Shown here one piece after another: positions 52,067-61,061 of a stretch of 64,000 bases of DNA (position 1 is the stretch's first letter; each line of letters begins with the position of its first letter). Under the pieces are notes generated by a model. That model ran no database searches, was not told the origin of the DNA, and saw only the letters and a program-made list of their open reading frames with translations. The position numbers were made by a program, and so were the translations under genes. Origin of the DNA: Bacteroidota bacterium (GTDB taxonomy: Bacteria; Bacteroidota; Rhodothermia; Rhodothermales; JBCCMF01); assembly GCA_038747545.1 (NCBI GenBank), contig JBCDJT010000004.1, positions 810 through 64,809 of the forward strand, read 5' to 3'.

Positions 52067-55057
52067 ATGATGTACCGACGATATTCTGCCTTTCTGCTGC
52101 TGTGTGTGCTGGCCGCGCCCGCCTTCGGCCAAACCGCGTATTACGACGACTTGTTGGCTACGCTCCGTCACGGATCGGGCCTAGAAGGCGGCACCTGGCT
52201 GCTCCCGCCCGATGAGCAGCAGGCGCTCGACCACGGGCAGCTCACCAATGTGGAGGTCACCACGCAATCGGTGACAGGCCAGCGGTTCACGCGCTCGCGC
52301 ACCTACACGAGTCAGCAGCAAAACAAACCGTGGGAGGCCGCCATCCGCTTCCCCATCACCGCTTCGGTGCAGGCCAACGACGTCGGGTTACTCGTGCTAT
52401 GGCTCCGCACCACGCACGGCGATGCGGGCAACATCGACCTGCTCATCGAGCGCGACGGCGACCCGTACACGAAGTCGTTCAACTTCGCCGCAGGCCCCAG
52501 TGGCGAGTGGCGGCAGTGGCTGGTGCCGTTCGAGTTTGCCGAGGACTACACCGCTCGTGGCGCCCGGGTGCAGATCAACATGGGGCGCGAGGCACAGAGC
52601 CTTGAGATTGGCGGTGTCGCGCTCCTCAACTACCGGAGGGCCTACAGCGTGGACGACCTGCCGTCGCAGCGCTTCGTGGCGCCGTACGACGGTCAGGACC
52701 CAAGCGCACCGTGGCGTGCCGAGGCGGCTGCCCGCATCGAGCAGCACCGCAAGGGCAACCTCACCGTCAGCGTGGTCGATGCCAATGGCGAACCCGTCCC
52801 AAACGTCACCATACACGCCGAGATGATGCGGCACGCCTATGGCTTCGGCACGGCCGTCGTCGAGAATACACTGCACGCCAGTGGGGCCGATGCCGACATG
52901 TATCGTGAGAAGCTCAGCAACCTCGCTGGCGATGGGCGCACATTCACCACCTCGGTACTCGAAAACGCGCTCAAGTGGCCCACCTGGGAAGGTTGGAACC
53001 GACGCGCCCGCGTCGCCCAGTCCGTGGAGATGCTCAAGACCTGGGGCATGAGCGTACGCGGGCACAACGTCGTCTGGCCGGGCTACCAGTTCATGCCGAA
53101 CGATGTGGAGGGGCTTCGCAACAGCCCAGATGCGCTACTGGCCCGCGTGAACGATCACTTCGAGAGCGTCCTCACCTACCCCGGCATCCAGGGCGAGATC
53201 TTCGAGTGGGATGTCATCAACGAGCCCACGCACGTGCAAGATGTGGAGAACCTACTGCGCGGCACGCCCGGCTACGCAACCGGGCAAGAGGTCTACGCCG
53301 AGTGGTTTACCCTCGCGCAAGAGTTGGAGCCCAACGCGGTGCTCTACATCAACGAGTACAACATCCTGACGGGCGGCGGCAATAACGCCGACATTGGGCG
53401 GTATCAAGACCTCATCCGCACCATCCTCGACATGGGTGGCCCCATACAGGGCATCGGCGTGCAGGGGCACTTCGGCTCGGTGCCCACCCCGCCCGAGCGC
53501 ATCTACGAGATCCTCGACGAGTTCGCCACCCTCTTCCCCGAGCAGCGCCTCAGCCTCACCGAGTACGACGCCGTCGGGATGCCCGAAGACATGGCCGCCG
53601 ACTACATCCGAGACGTGCTCACCATGTTCTTCAGCCACCCGCAGACCGACAACTTCCTGATGTGGGGCTTCTGGGATGGCCACCACTGGCTGGGCGAAGC
53701 GCCCATCTTCAGCCACGACTGGCGCCTCAAACCCTCGGGCGCCCAGTTCATCGACCTCGTCTTCAACCAATGGTGGACCGACGAAGCTGTATCTGCACCC
53801 AGCGGAACAGCCACCGTGCGTGGGTTCAAAGGTGACTACCTACTCTACATCACTGCCGAAGGCTTCGAGGGCATAACCGTAGGCGCCGCTATTGACGATG
53901 AGGATGGTTTCACAATCACGCTCCCAGCTGCTGGGACTCAGGTGCCTACGGCACCCAGAGACTTCAATGGGGACCACAAAGATGGCACTGTCAATTTATC
54001 CTGGCTCGACCAGTCAGGTGGTGAAACGGGCTTCGTCATCGAACGCGCGCACTTAGCTGATGGAAGCCACACGCTCAGTGACTATATCGAGATCGCACGG
54101 GTTGGGGCGAACGTAACAGAGTTCACGGACACGCTTGACGACTATGGCGTCTACTTTTACCGTGTTTATGCCTTCAACGGCATCGGTAACTCTATCATAG
54201 CGCGGTCTACCATGGTGACGTGGACAAATGTGACGGGCGGCGTCAGCTACCAAAGCGGCGGCGCGCCCTGGGCCGTGAGCGCCAGTGGGCTCGTCCGCAT
54301 CGAGGCCGAGGACTACAACATTGGCTTTGACGGCATCGCCTACCAAGACCAAGACCCCGACAACACGGGCGGCGTCTACCGCACCGACGGCGTGGACCTC
54401 GAAGCCACTGACGACGAAGGTGGCGGCTTCCAGGTCACCGACATCCGCGCCGACGAGTGGCTGCAGTACACCATCGACGTGCCCGAGGCCGGGCCGTACC
54501 TGCTGCGCTTCCGCACCACGCGGCGCCTGCGCAACGACGGCACGCTGCAGGCCTCTGCAGGAGCTACGACGGATGCACTCGCTGCCGTGACGGCGCCCAT
54601 CGGCATCGCCTCCTCGCGCGGGCGGTGGATTACGACCGAGGTGGAAGCCAACTTGGAGGCCGGCGTGCAGGTGCTGCGGCTCGACTTTGGCGAAGGGGGC
54701 TATGCCCTCAACTGGCTGGAGATCGGCCCGCCGGGCAGCAGCGTCGCCACGGAAGACGCGGATTTGCCGGGCCAGATCACGCTGGCGGGCAACTACCCCA
54801 ACCCGTTCAACCCAACGACCACAATCCGCTACGCGCTGCCCGCCACCAGCCAGGTCAGCCTGCGCGTGTTCGATGTGCTGGGCCGTCAGGTCGCCCTCGT
54901 GCACGACGGCGTGCAAGCGGCCGGGTGGCACAGCGCCGTCTTTGCCAGCGCCGCCGACCTCGCCAGCGGCCTCTACCTCTACCGCCTCGATGTCACCGCG
55001 CTCGACGGCTCCACCACCCTCGCCTCGCGCACGGGTACCATGACCCTCGCCAAATAA
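52067..55057 (+). CDS. T9SS-sorted multidomain glycoside hydrolase, GH10-like catalytic domain with CBM-like and Fn3-like modules
   Basis: Signal peptide present. GH10-type motifs are VRGHNVVWPG, WDVINEP (acid/base Glu), INEYN, GIGVQGHF and LSLTEYD (nucleophile Glu). CBM6-like IEAEDYN region. C-terminus is NYPNPFNPTTTIRYALP...YLYRLD. Confidence 0.75.
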   Translation: MMYRRYSAFLLLCVLAAPAFGQTAYYDDLLATLRHGSGLEGGTWLLPPDEQQALDHGQLTNVEVTTQSVTGQRFTRSRTYTSQQQNKPWEAAIRFPITASVQANDVGLLVLWLRTTHGDAGNIDLLIERDGDPYTKSFNFAAGPSGEWRQWLVPFEFAEDYTARGARVQINMGREAQSLEIGGVALLNYRRAYSVDDLPSQRFVAPYDGQDPSAPWRAEAAARIEQHRKGNLTVSVVDANGEPVPNVTIHAEMMRHAYGFGTAVVENTLHASGADADMYREKLSNLAGDGRTFTTSVLENALKWPTWEGWNRRARVAQSVEMLKTWGMSVRGHNVVWPGYQFMPNDVEGLRNSPDALLARVNDHFESVLTYPGIQGEIFEWDVINEPTHVQDVENLLRGTPGYATGQEVYAEWFTLAQELEPNAVLYINEYNILTGGGNNADIGRYQDLIRTILDMGGPIQGIGVQGHFGSVPTPPERIYEILDEFATLFPEQRLSLTEYDAVGMPEDMAADYIRDVLTMFFSHPQTDNFLMWGFWDGHHWLGEAPIFSHDWRLKPSGAQFIDLVFNQWWTDEAVSAPSGTATVRGFKGDYLLYITAEGFEGITVGAAIDDEDGFTITLPAAGTQVPTAPRDFNGDHKDGTVNLSWLDQSGGETGFVIERAHLADGSHTLSDYIEIARVGANVTEFTDTLDDYGVYFYRVYAFNGIGNSIIARSTMVTWTNVTGGVSYQSGGAPWAVSASGLVRIEAEDYNIGFDGIAYQDQDPDNTGGVYRTDGVDLEATDDEGGGFQVTDIRADEWLQYTIDVPEAGPYLLRFRTTRRLRNDGTLQASAGATTDALAAVTAPIGIASSRGRWITTEVEANLEAGVQVLRLDFGEGGYALNWLEIGPPGSSVATEDADLPGQITLAGNYPNPFNPTTTIRYALPATSQVSLRVFDVLGRQVALVHDGVQAAGWHSAVFASAADLASGLYLYRLDVTALDGSTTLASRTGTMTLAK

Positions 55058-55149
55058 AGGACCTCCCTTGTTCTTGTTCGACACGCCCTTGACACTTTTT
55101 CTTGAGCATGATTGTGCAATCCCTGGGGCATCCGTTATGCCCCAAAGTC

Positions 55150-55253
55150 CCCTCTCCTGGGAGCCAGGAGAGGGACAGGGTGAGGTCGAATTAAGGGATG
55201 GTGGCAAGGGTGATCTACCTCACCCCAACCCTCTCCTAGCTCATAGGAGAGGG
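55150..55253. repeat. Three-hairpin palindromic intergenic element
   Basis: Perfect stems: CCCTCTCCTGG/CCAGGAGAGGG (55150-55174, 3-nt loop), GGGTGAGGT/ACCTCACCC (55178-55225, 30-nt loop) and CCCTCTCCTA/TAGGAGAGGG (55229-55253, 5-nt loop). Confidence 0.7.
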
Positions 55254-55312
55254 AGCCCGTTGTGCCTGTTTGGAGCGGTGATGTGCTCGCACGATCAGAA
55301 ATCCCCGCAGAT

Positions 55313-56086
55313 ATGAGACTCGCTAAAAAAACCGCGATCGTCACGGGCGCCGGGAGCGGCATTGGCAGAGCCAGCGCCATCCGGTTCGCAGCAGAAGGCG
55401 CCAACGTAGGCGTGCTGGACCGCGAGGCCGACGCAGCTCAGGCGACGGCCGATGTCATCGCGGAGGCGGGCGGCACGGCGCACGTGCTGGCGGTGGATGT
55501 GACGGAGGCCCAAGCCGTGGAGGCTGCCATCGCGGAGGTCGCGGACGCGTTCGGCGGGCTCGACGTGCTGTTCAACGTGGTGGGCGTGAGCGGGCGGCGC
55601 TGGGGCGACGGCCCGGTGACAGACTGCACCGAAGACGCCTGGGACCGCGTGCTCGACGTCAACCTGAAAAGCATGTTTCTGTGCTGCAAGTACGGCGTGC
55701 GCGCCATGCTGGAGCGCGGCGGCGGCTCGATCATCAACTTGTCGTCCGTGCTCGGCCTCGTGGGCGGCGACGATGACTTTGCCACCCACGCCTACGCCGC
55801 CAGCAAGAGCGGCATCATCGGCCTGACGCGCAGCATCGCGTCGTACTACGCGCCGCAGGGCATCCGCGCCAACGTGCTGTGCCCCTCACTCATCGCCACG
55901 GCCATGAGCCAGCGCGCCCAGACCAACGCCCACATCCGCCACCGCCTCGAAACGCTCCAGCCCCTCACCGCCGACTTCGGCATGCCCGACGACGTGGCCC
56001 ACGCCGCCGTCTATCTCGCCTCCGACGAAGCGCGGTTCGTGACGGGCACCGTCCTCCCCATCGACGGCGGCTGGACCGTCCGTTAA
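55313..56086 (+). CDS. Short-chain dehydrogenase/reductase (classical SDR)
   Basis: Reads MRLAKKTAIVTGAGSGIGRA... with catalytic YAASKSG. Confidence 0.88.
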   Translation: MRLAKKTAIVTGAGSGIGRASAIRFAAEGANVGVLDREADAAQATADVIAEAGGTAHVLAVDVTEAQAVEAAIAEVADAFGGLDVLFNVVGVSGRRWGDGPVTDCTEDAWDRVLDVNLKSMFLCCKYGVRAMLERGGGSIINLSSVLGLVGGDDDFATHAYAASKSGIIGLTRSIASYYAPQGIRANVLCPSLIATAMSQRAQTNAHIRHRLETLQPLTADFGMPDDVAHAAVYLASDEARFVTGTVLPIDGGWTVR

Positions 56087-56098
56087 CGCCAGCAGGCC

Positions 56099-56142
56099 TT
56101 CGACCTGCCGACCTTTGACTTGCCGACTTTCGACCTGAGACC
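56099..56142 (+). promoter_or_regulatory. Tandem heptamer/octamer array (TTCGACC TGCCGACC TTTGACT TGCCGACT TTCGACC TGAGACC) 8 nt upstream of the FAD-oxidoreductase start
   Basis: Read directly from the sequence. Same repeat family and same terminal 14-mer as 51169..51204. Confidence 0.4.
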
Positions 56143-56150
56143 CAACCATC

Positions 56151-57476
56151 ATGCAGACCTACACCGCTCCGATCTATCAAACCATCGACACCGACGTGCT
56201 CGTCGTTGGTAGTGGCTCTGCCGGCTCTGTCGCGGCACTCGCTGCCGCCGAGACGGGCGCGCAGACGATGCTGGTGGAGCGCTACGGCTTCATGGGCGGC
56301 ATCAGCACGCAAGTGCTTGACACGTTCTACGGCTTCTACACACCCGGCACGCCCAAGCGCAAGGTGATCGGCGGGCTGCCGGATAGGGTCGTGGGCGAGC
56401 TGATGCGGCGTGGCGTGGCGCTCATCCGTCCCAACACGTACGGCGCGGGCAACGGCGTCACGTACGATGCCGAAGTGCTCAAGATGGTGTGGGAGACGTT
56501 GGCGCTGGACTGCGGCGTGCGGCTGCTCTACCACACGTTCGTGCTCGATGCCACGACCGATGGCGACCGCATCACGGGCGTCATCGCGGCGAACAAGCAG
56601 GGCCTGCTGCACATCCGCGCCCAGGCCGTCGTCGATGCCTCGGGCGATGCCGACGTGGCCGCCGCCGCCGGGGCGCCGTTCGAGGGGCCAAAGGACGGGC
56701 CTGTGCAAGCGCTCACGACCACCTTCCGCATGATCAACGTAGACACCGACCGGGCGCGCCAGGTCAAGAAGACGCAGCTGCACGGCCTCATGGCGGACGC
56801 CATCCTCAAGGGCTACGACCTGCCGCGCAAGGAAGGCAGCGTCCATATCACCCCGTTCGACGGCGTCATGCACACCAACATGACGCGCGTGGGCAACATC
56901 GACGGCACCGACGCGCAGCAGCTCACCGCCGCCGAAGTCGAGGGGCGCCGCCAGGCCGCCGAGTATGGCCGCTTCCTCGTCGACTTCGTGCCGGGCTACG
57001 AGCACGCCGTCCTGGCCGACCTCAGCAACCAGATCGGCATCCGCGAGAGCCGACGCATCCACGGCGACTACCGCCTGACGCGCGAAGATGTGCTTGGCGC
57101 ACGCACCTTCGACGACGCCATCGCGCAGTGTGGCGCGCCGATCGAAGAGCACCACAGCGGCGGCGACACGCGCTGGGAGTACGTACCCGAGGGCCAGACG
57201 TACGGCCTGCCCTTCCGCTGCCTGCTGCCGCAGCAGGTCGAGGGCTTGCTCGTGGCCGGGCGCTGCCTCTCGGCGGAGCACGACGCGCACGCCTCAGTGC
57301 GGAGCATGGGCCAATGCATGGCGATGGGGCAAGCCGCAGGTACGGCCGCCGCGCTCGCCGTCACGAAAAACACATCACCGCGCAACGTGCGCTTTACCGA
57401 CCTGCGCGATACCTTGCGAGGCACCGGGGCGATGCTCTCCCCCGACCACACCGAACTCGCCCTCGTCTCCGTGTAA
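56151..57476 (+). CDS. FAD-dependent oxidoreductase (FAD_oxidored/PF12831-like)
   Basis: Reads DVLVVGSGSAGSVAALAAAETGAQTMLVERYGFMGGISTQVL. Confidence 0.8.
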   Translation: MQTYTAPIYQTIDTDVLVVGSGSAGSVAALAAAETGAQTMLVERYGFMGGISTQVLDTFYGFYTPGTPKRKVIGGLPDRVVGELMRRGVALIRPNTYGAGNGVTYDAEVLKMVWETLALDCGVRLLYHTFVLDATTDGDRITGVIAANKQGLLHIRAQAVVDASGDADVAAAAGAPFEGPKDGPVQALTTTFRMINVDTDRARQVKKTQLHGLMADAILKGYDLPRKEGSVHITPFDGVMHTNMTRVGNIDGTDAQQLTAAEVEGRRQAAEYGRFLVDFVPGYEHAVLADLSNQIGIRESRRIHGDYRLTREDVLGARTFDDAIAQCGAPIEEHHSGGDTRWEYVPEGQTYGLPFRCLLPQQVEGLLVAGRCLSAEHDAHASVRSMGQCMAMGQAAGTAAALAVTKNTSPRNVRFTDLRDTLRGTGAMLSPDHTELALVSV

Positions 57477-57491
57477 TGCTTGCCCTGCGTA

Positions 57492-58355
57492 ATGGCTGAC
57501 CGTACCGTCCTCGTCGCTGGCGCCTCTGGCAACTTGGGCTCCGCCGTCATCAGCACACTCAAGGCGCGCGGCGGCTACCGCGTGCGCGCCCTCACCCGCA
57601 AGCCCGAGCGCGTAGCCCACCTCCCCGCCGACGAAACGGTGATAGGCGACCTGCGCACGCCTGCGTCGCTCGAAGCGGCCTGCCAAGGTGCCCATGCCGT
57701 CATCGCAGCATCCGGGGCCAGCTTAAAGCTCGGCCTCCGCATCGGCTCGCCCACGTACCGGGCTGTCGATTACGAAGGCAACCTCAACCTGCTCGCTGCC
57801 GCCCAAGCCGCCGACATTAAGCGGTTCGTCCACGTCTCGGTCCATGCCGCCGAGGGCTATGCCGATACCGCCTACGTCCGCGCCCACACCGACTTCGCCG
57901 ACCTGCTCGTCACCTCGGGTACGCCCTACACCATCGTCGAGCCCACGGGCTACTTCAACGCCTTCGACCTGTTCGTGACGATGGCCAAAGCCGGCCTCAT
58001 ACCCGTCATCGGTGACGGCACTGCGCGCACGAACCCCATCGCCGTTGAGGATCTGGCCGAGGTCTGTGTAGCTGGCCTCGACGGTGATCAGCGGCGCATC
58101 CCCGTCGGCGGCCCGGACACGTTCACGCGGCGGCAGATGGCCGAGGTGGCCTTCGAAGCGCTCGGCAAGACGCCGCGCATCGTCCACCTCCCGGCGGGTG
58201 TGCTCACCCTCAACCGCACGCTCGTCCGGCCCCTCGACAAGCGGCTGAGCGACCTGCTGCACTTCTTTCAGCGCGTCAACCAAGCCGACGCCGTGGCCCC
58301 GCCGTACGGGTCGCGCCACCTCGCTGCCTACTTCCGCCAACTGACCCACACCTGA
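57492..58355 (+). CDS. NmrA-like / atypical SDR NAD(P)H-binding protein
   Basis: Reads MADRTVLVAGASGNLGSAVISTLKARGGYRVRALTRKPE. Confidence 0.8.
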   Translation: MADRTVLVAGASGNLGSAVISTLKARGGYRVRALTRKPERVAHLPADETVIGDLRTPASLEAACQGAHAVIAASGASLKLGLRIGSPTYRAVDYEGNLNLLAAAQAADIKRFVHVSVHAAEGYADTAYVRAHTDFADLLVTSGTPYTIVEPTGYFNAFDLFVTMAKAGLIPVIGDGTARTNPIAVEDLAEVCVAGLDGDQRRIPVGGPDTFTRRQMAEVAFEALGKTPRIVHLPAGVLTLNRTLVRPLDKRLSDLLHFFQRVNQADAVAPPYGSRHLAAYFRQLTHT

Positions 58356-58361
58356 TTCCGC

Positions 58362-59396
58362 ATGCACGTTCCCCCTCTCGCTACAAGCATCATTGGTAGC
58401 CACTCGATTCCCGTCTGGCTCATCACGGCCACCGAAGCGATCGCCCGCGGCGAGTACGGCCCCAAGGACGCGCGCGAGATGTTTGACGACGCGGTGGACC
58501 TGGCGCTGCGCGTGCAGGTAGAGGCCGGGGTTGACATCATCAGCGACGGCGAGATGCGGCGGATGGGCTTCTTCACCGCGGGCTTCTACCACCACATGAC
58601 GGGGCTGCGCGCCGAGCCCGCGCAGCGCAAGCTCGGCCCCGCCGGGCACGACCAGCGGGAAAAGTACCACGCCGACGAAGCCATTCAGGCGCCCAACGGC
58701 CTCGGGCTCGTGGATGAGTTCGAGTATGCCCGCTCGCGCACGACGAAGCCGCTGAAGGTGCCATGCGCGGGACCGTTCACGCTCGCCGGCCGCATCCTGC
58801 CCGGCCCCGTGTATGCTGATCGGCTCGAAGCGGCCTTCGGCCTCGCCGACGTCATCAACGCCGAACTCAAAGCGCTTGTGGCGGCGGGTGCGGCGTTCAT
58901 CCAGCTCGACGAGCCGTCGTACGCCGTCCACTCCAGCAAGCACGACACGCAGACGTTCATCGACCTCTTCAACCGCACCATCGACGGCGTGGATGCGCGC
59001 ATCGGGCTGCACCTGTGCTTCGGCAACTTCGTGGGGCGGCCCGTGGCGCACCGCACCTACGCACCGCTCTTCCCGCACGTGCTCGACCTCAACATCGACG
59101 AGTTCGCCATGGAGTTTGCCAACCGCGAGCTGGCCGAGCTGGAACTGACCGCGCAGATCGCCGAGGCGGGCAAGACCGTCGCTGCCGGGCTGGTGGATGT
59201 CAAGAATTACTTCGTCGAGACGCCGGAGATCGTGGCCGATCGCATCGCCCGTGCGCTTGAGTACGTGCCTGCCGAGCAGCTGGTGGTGACGCCCGACTGC
59301 GGCTTCAGCGAGACGGCGCGTTGGGCCGCGAACGCCAAGATGAAGGCGATGGTGGCTGGCACGATGCTGGCGCGGCAACGCGCAGGCGTAGCGTAA
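58362..59396 (+). CDS. Cobalamin-independent methionine synthase (MetE C-terminal, Meth_synt_2)-like protein
   Basis: 344 aa, single domain. Reads SIIGSHSIPVWL...VDIISDGEMRR...IQLDEPS...HLCFGN...TPDCGF. Confidence 0.7.
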   Translation: MHVPPLATSIIGSHSIPVWLITATEAIARGEYGPKDAREMFDDAVDLALRVQVEAGVDIISDGEMRRMGFFTAGFYHHMTGLRAEPAQRKLGPAGHDQREKYHADEAIQAPNGLGLVDEFEYARSRTTKPLKVPCAGPFTLAGRILPGPVYADRLEAAFGLADVINAELKALVAAGAAFIQLDEPSYAVHSSKHDTQTFIDLFNRTIDGVDARIGLHLCFGNFVGRPVAHRTYAPLFPHVLDLNIDEFAMEFANRELAELELTAQIAEAGKTVAAGLVDVKNYFVETPEIVADRIARALEYVPAEQLVVTPDCGFSETARWAANAKMKAMVAGTMLARQRAGVA

Positions 59397-59401
59397 GCGA
59401 T

Positions 59402-60313
59402 ATGTTCATCCGCACCGTCCTCGGCGACATTGATCCGGCCGACTTCGGCCCTTGCCTGCCGCACGAGCACTTGCTGGGCCAGCCGCCGCCGCACCTCGGC
59501 ACGCCTGACCTGCAGCTCACCGACCTGGATGCGGCCATCCGTGAGGTCGAGGCGTTCCAAGCGGTAGGCGGACAGGCGGTCGTGGAGATGACGACGCCGG
59601 ATTATGGACGCGACGCCGCCGGGCTGCGCCGCATCGCCGAGGCGACGGGCATGTACATCGTGGCCGCGACGGGCTACAACAAGGAGACGTTCTCGGCCCC
59701 ATTCCTCACTGGTGCTTCCGTGGCGGAACTGGCCGAGCGGTACGTGCGCGAGGTCGAGGTGGGGATGGACGGCACGGATGGCCGTGCCGGGCTCATCAAG
59801 GCCTCCACGATGACGACGATGACGACGCACGGCCTGACGATGCTCCAAGCTGCCGCCGAGGCGCACCACCGCACGGGCGCCCCCATCTCGACCCACACCG
59901 AGAAGGGCACGCTGGGCGTGGAGCAGGCACGAACGCTCATCGACGCGGGGGTGCCGCCCGAGCACATCGTCATCGGCCACACCGACCATCAGCTCGACTG
60001 GGGCTACCACGCCGAGCTTGCGGCGACAGGCGTTTTCCTCGGCATCGACCAGATCGGCAAAGCCAAGTACGCACCCGACGCCGAGCGCATCGCCTTCATC
60101 CTGCACCACCTCGACGCGGGGCACGGCGATCAGCTCTTGCTCTCCGGCGACTTGGCCCGACGCTCGTACTGGACGGCCTACGGCGGCGGGCCGGGCTTTG
60201 GCTACATCCTCTCGGCCTTCGCCTCGTCCCTGCGCACCGCCGGGCTGTCCGATGCGATGCTGGAGCGGCTGTTCACCACCAACCCAGCGCGAGCGTTCAC
60301 GTTTGCGCGTTGA
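59402..60313 (+). CDS. Phosphotriesterase-family (amidohydrolase-fold) protein
   Basis: Reads MFIRTVLGDIDPADFGPCLPHEHLL (HxH metal motif) ...TGYNKE...ISTHTEKG...IGHTD...LSGDLAR. Confidence 0.8.
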   Translation: MFIRTVLGDIDPADFGPCLPHEHLLGQPPPHLGTPDLQLTDLDAAIREVEAFQAVGGQAVVEMTTPDYGRDAAGLRRIAEATGMYIVAATGYNKETFSAPFLTGASVAELAERYVREVEVGMDGTDGRAGLIKASTMTTMTTHGLTMLQAAAEAHHRTGAPISTHTEKGTLGVEQARTLIDAGVPPEHIVIGHTDHQLDWGYHAELAATGVFLGIDQIGKAKYAPDAERIAFILHHLDAGHGDQLLLSGDLARRSYWTAYGGGPGFGYILSAFASSLRTAGLSDAMLERLFTTNPARAFTFAR

Positions 60314-60965
60314 TGGGCGTGTCTTCTCCCAACCGAGCAAGCAACCCGCGTGCAAAGGCGATCTCGTCGGCGTTGATGGTGTGGCCCATGCCCGGGTAGA
60401 TGCGTGTCGTCACCTCGGCACCCAGGGCCTCAAACACCTCAGCGCTTTCGTGGACGCGCGCCACGGGGATGTGGGCATCGACGTCGCTACAGCCGAGGAA
60501 GACGGGCGTGCCGCTCAGGTCACCGTCGTAGTCGCGCGGCGTCTCCGGCGGGCCGATCAGCCCACCGCTGAACGCGACCACGCCGCCCAAACGCTCGCCT
60601 CGGCGTGCGGCGGCCTCCAGCGCCAGACACGCGCCTTGCGAGAAGCCCAGCAGCACGATCTGCGCTGCTGGTATCCCCTCGTCGATCAGGTCGTCGATGA
60701 CGGTGTTGACGCGGCGCAGGCCCGACGACAGGCCAGGCTCGTTGTGTGGCATCGGGGCGAGGAAGGAGTACGGGTACCACGTGTGCCCCGCAGCTTGCGG
60801 CGCCACGTACAGCCACTCCGGCTGCGCCAGCGCGTCGGCTAGGGGCAGCATGCTTTGCGCGCTGGCACCACGGCCGTGAACGAGCACCACTGCGCCCGTC
60901 GCCTTTCCTACCGACGGCCCGCGTTGTACCAGCGGCGTCGGGGCATGTGGATCTTGATGTGTCAT
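60297..60965 (-). CDS. Alpha/beta hydrolase, phospholipase/carboxylesterase family
   Basis: Reads VLVHGRGASAQSM...LLGFSQGACLALE (GxSxG nucleophile elbow). Convergent 17-nt overlap with the PTE gene. Confidence 0.8.
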   Translation of the reverse strand: MTHQDPHAPTPLVQRGPSVGKATGAVVLVHGRGASAQSMLPLADALAQPEWLYVAPQAAGHTWYPYSFLAPMPHNEPGLSSGLRRVNTVIDDLIDEGIPAAQIVLLGFSQGACLALEAAARRGERLGGVVAFSGGLIGPPETPRDYDGDLSGTPVFLGCSDVDAHIPVARVHESAEVFEALGAEVTTRIYPGMGHTINADEIAFARGLLARLGEDTPINAQT

Positions 60966-60985
60966 AGCTTCACTCCGACTAATTT

Positions 60986-61031
60986 TGGGAGGGCGCAGGC
61001 CCGTACAACGTCCTGACCTGCGGCCCTCCCA
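60986..61031 (-). terminator. G+C-rich stem-loop downstream of the VOC gene
   Basis: TGGGAGGGCGCAGG (60986-60999) pairs with CCTGCGGCCCTCCCA (61017-61031), about 14 bp with one bulge. No clear U-tract. Confidence 0.35.
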
Positions 61032-61033
61032 CC

Positions 61034-61061
61034 TGTGACTTTGGACCTGTGACGTTAGACT
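61034..61061 (+). repeat. Heptamer tandem repeat TGTGACT TTGGACC TGTGACG TTAGACT
   Basis: Same 7-nt periodic T-N-N-GAC-N pattern as the arrays at 51169 and 56099. Overlaps the VOC stop codon. Confidence 0.4.

Noticed and set aside
55965-60355. Long minus-strand ORFs 55965..57290, 57723..59378 and 59207..60355
   Set aside because: All are antisense to a tightly packed plus-strand operon with recognisable FAD, NmrA, MetE-like and PTE motifs.
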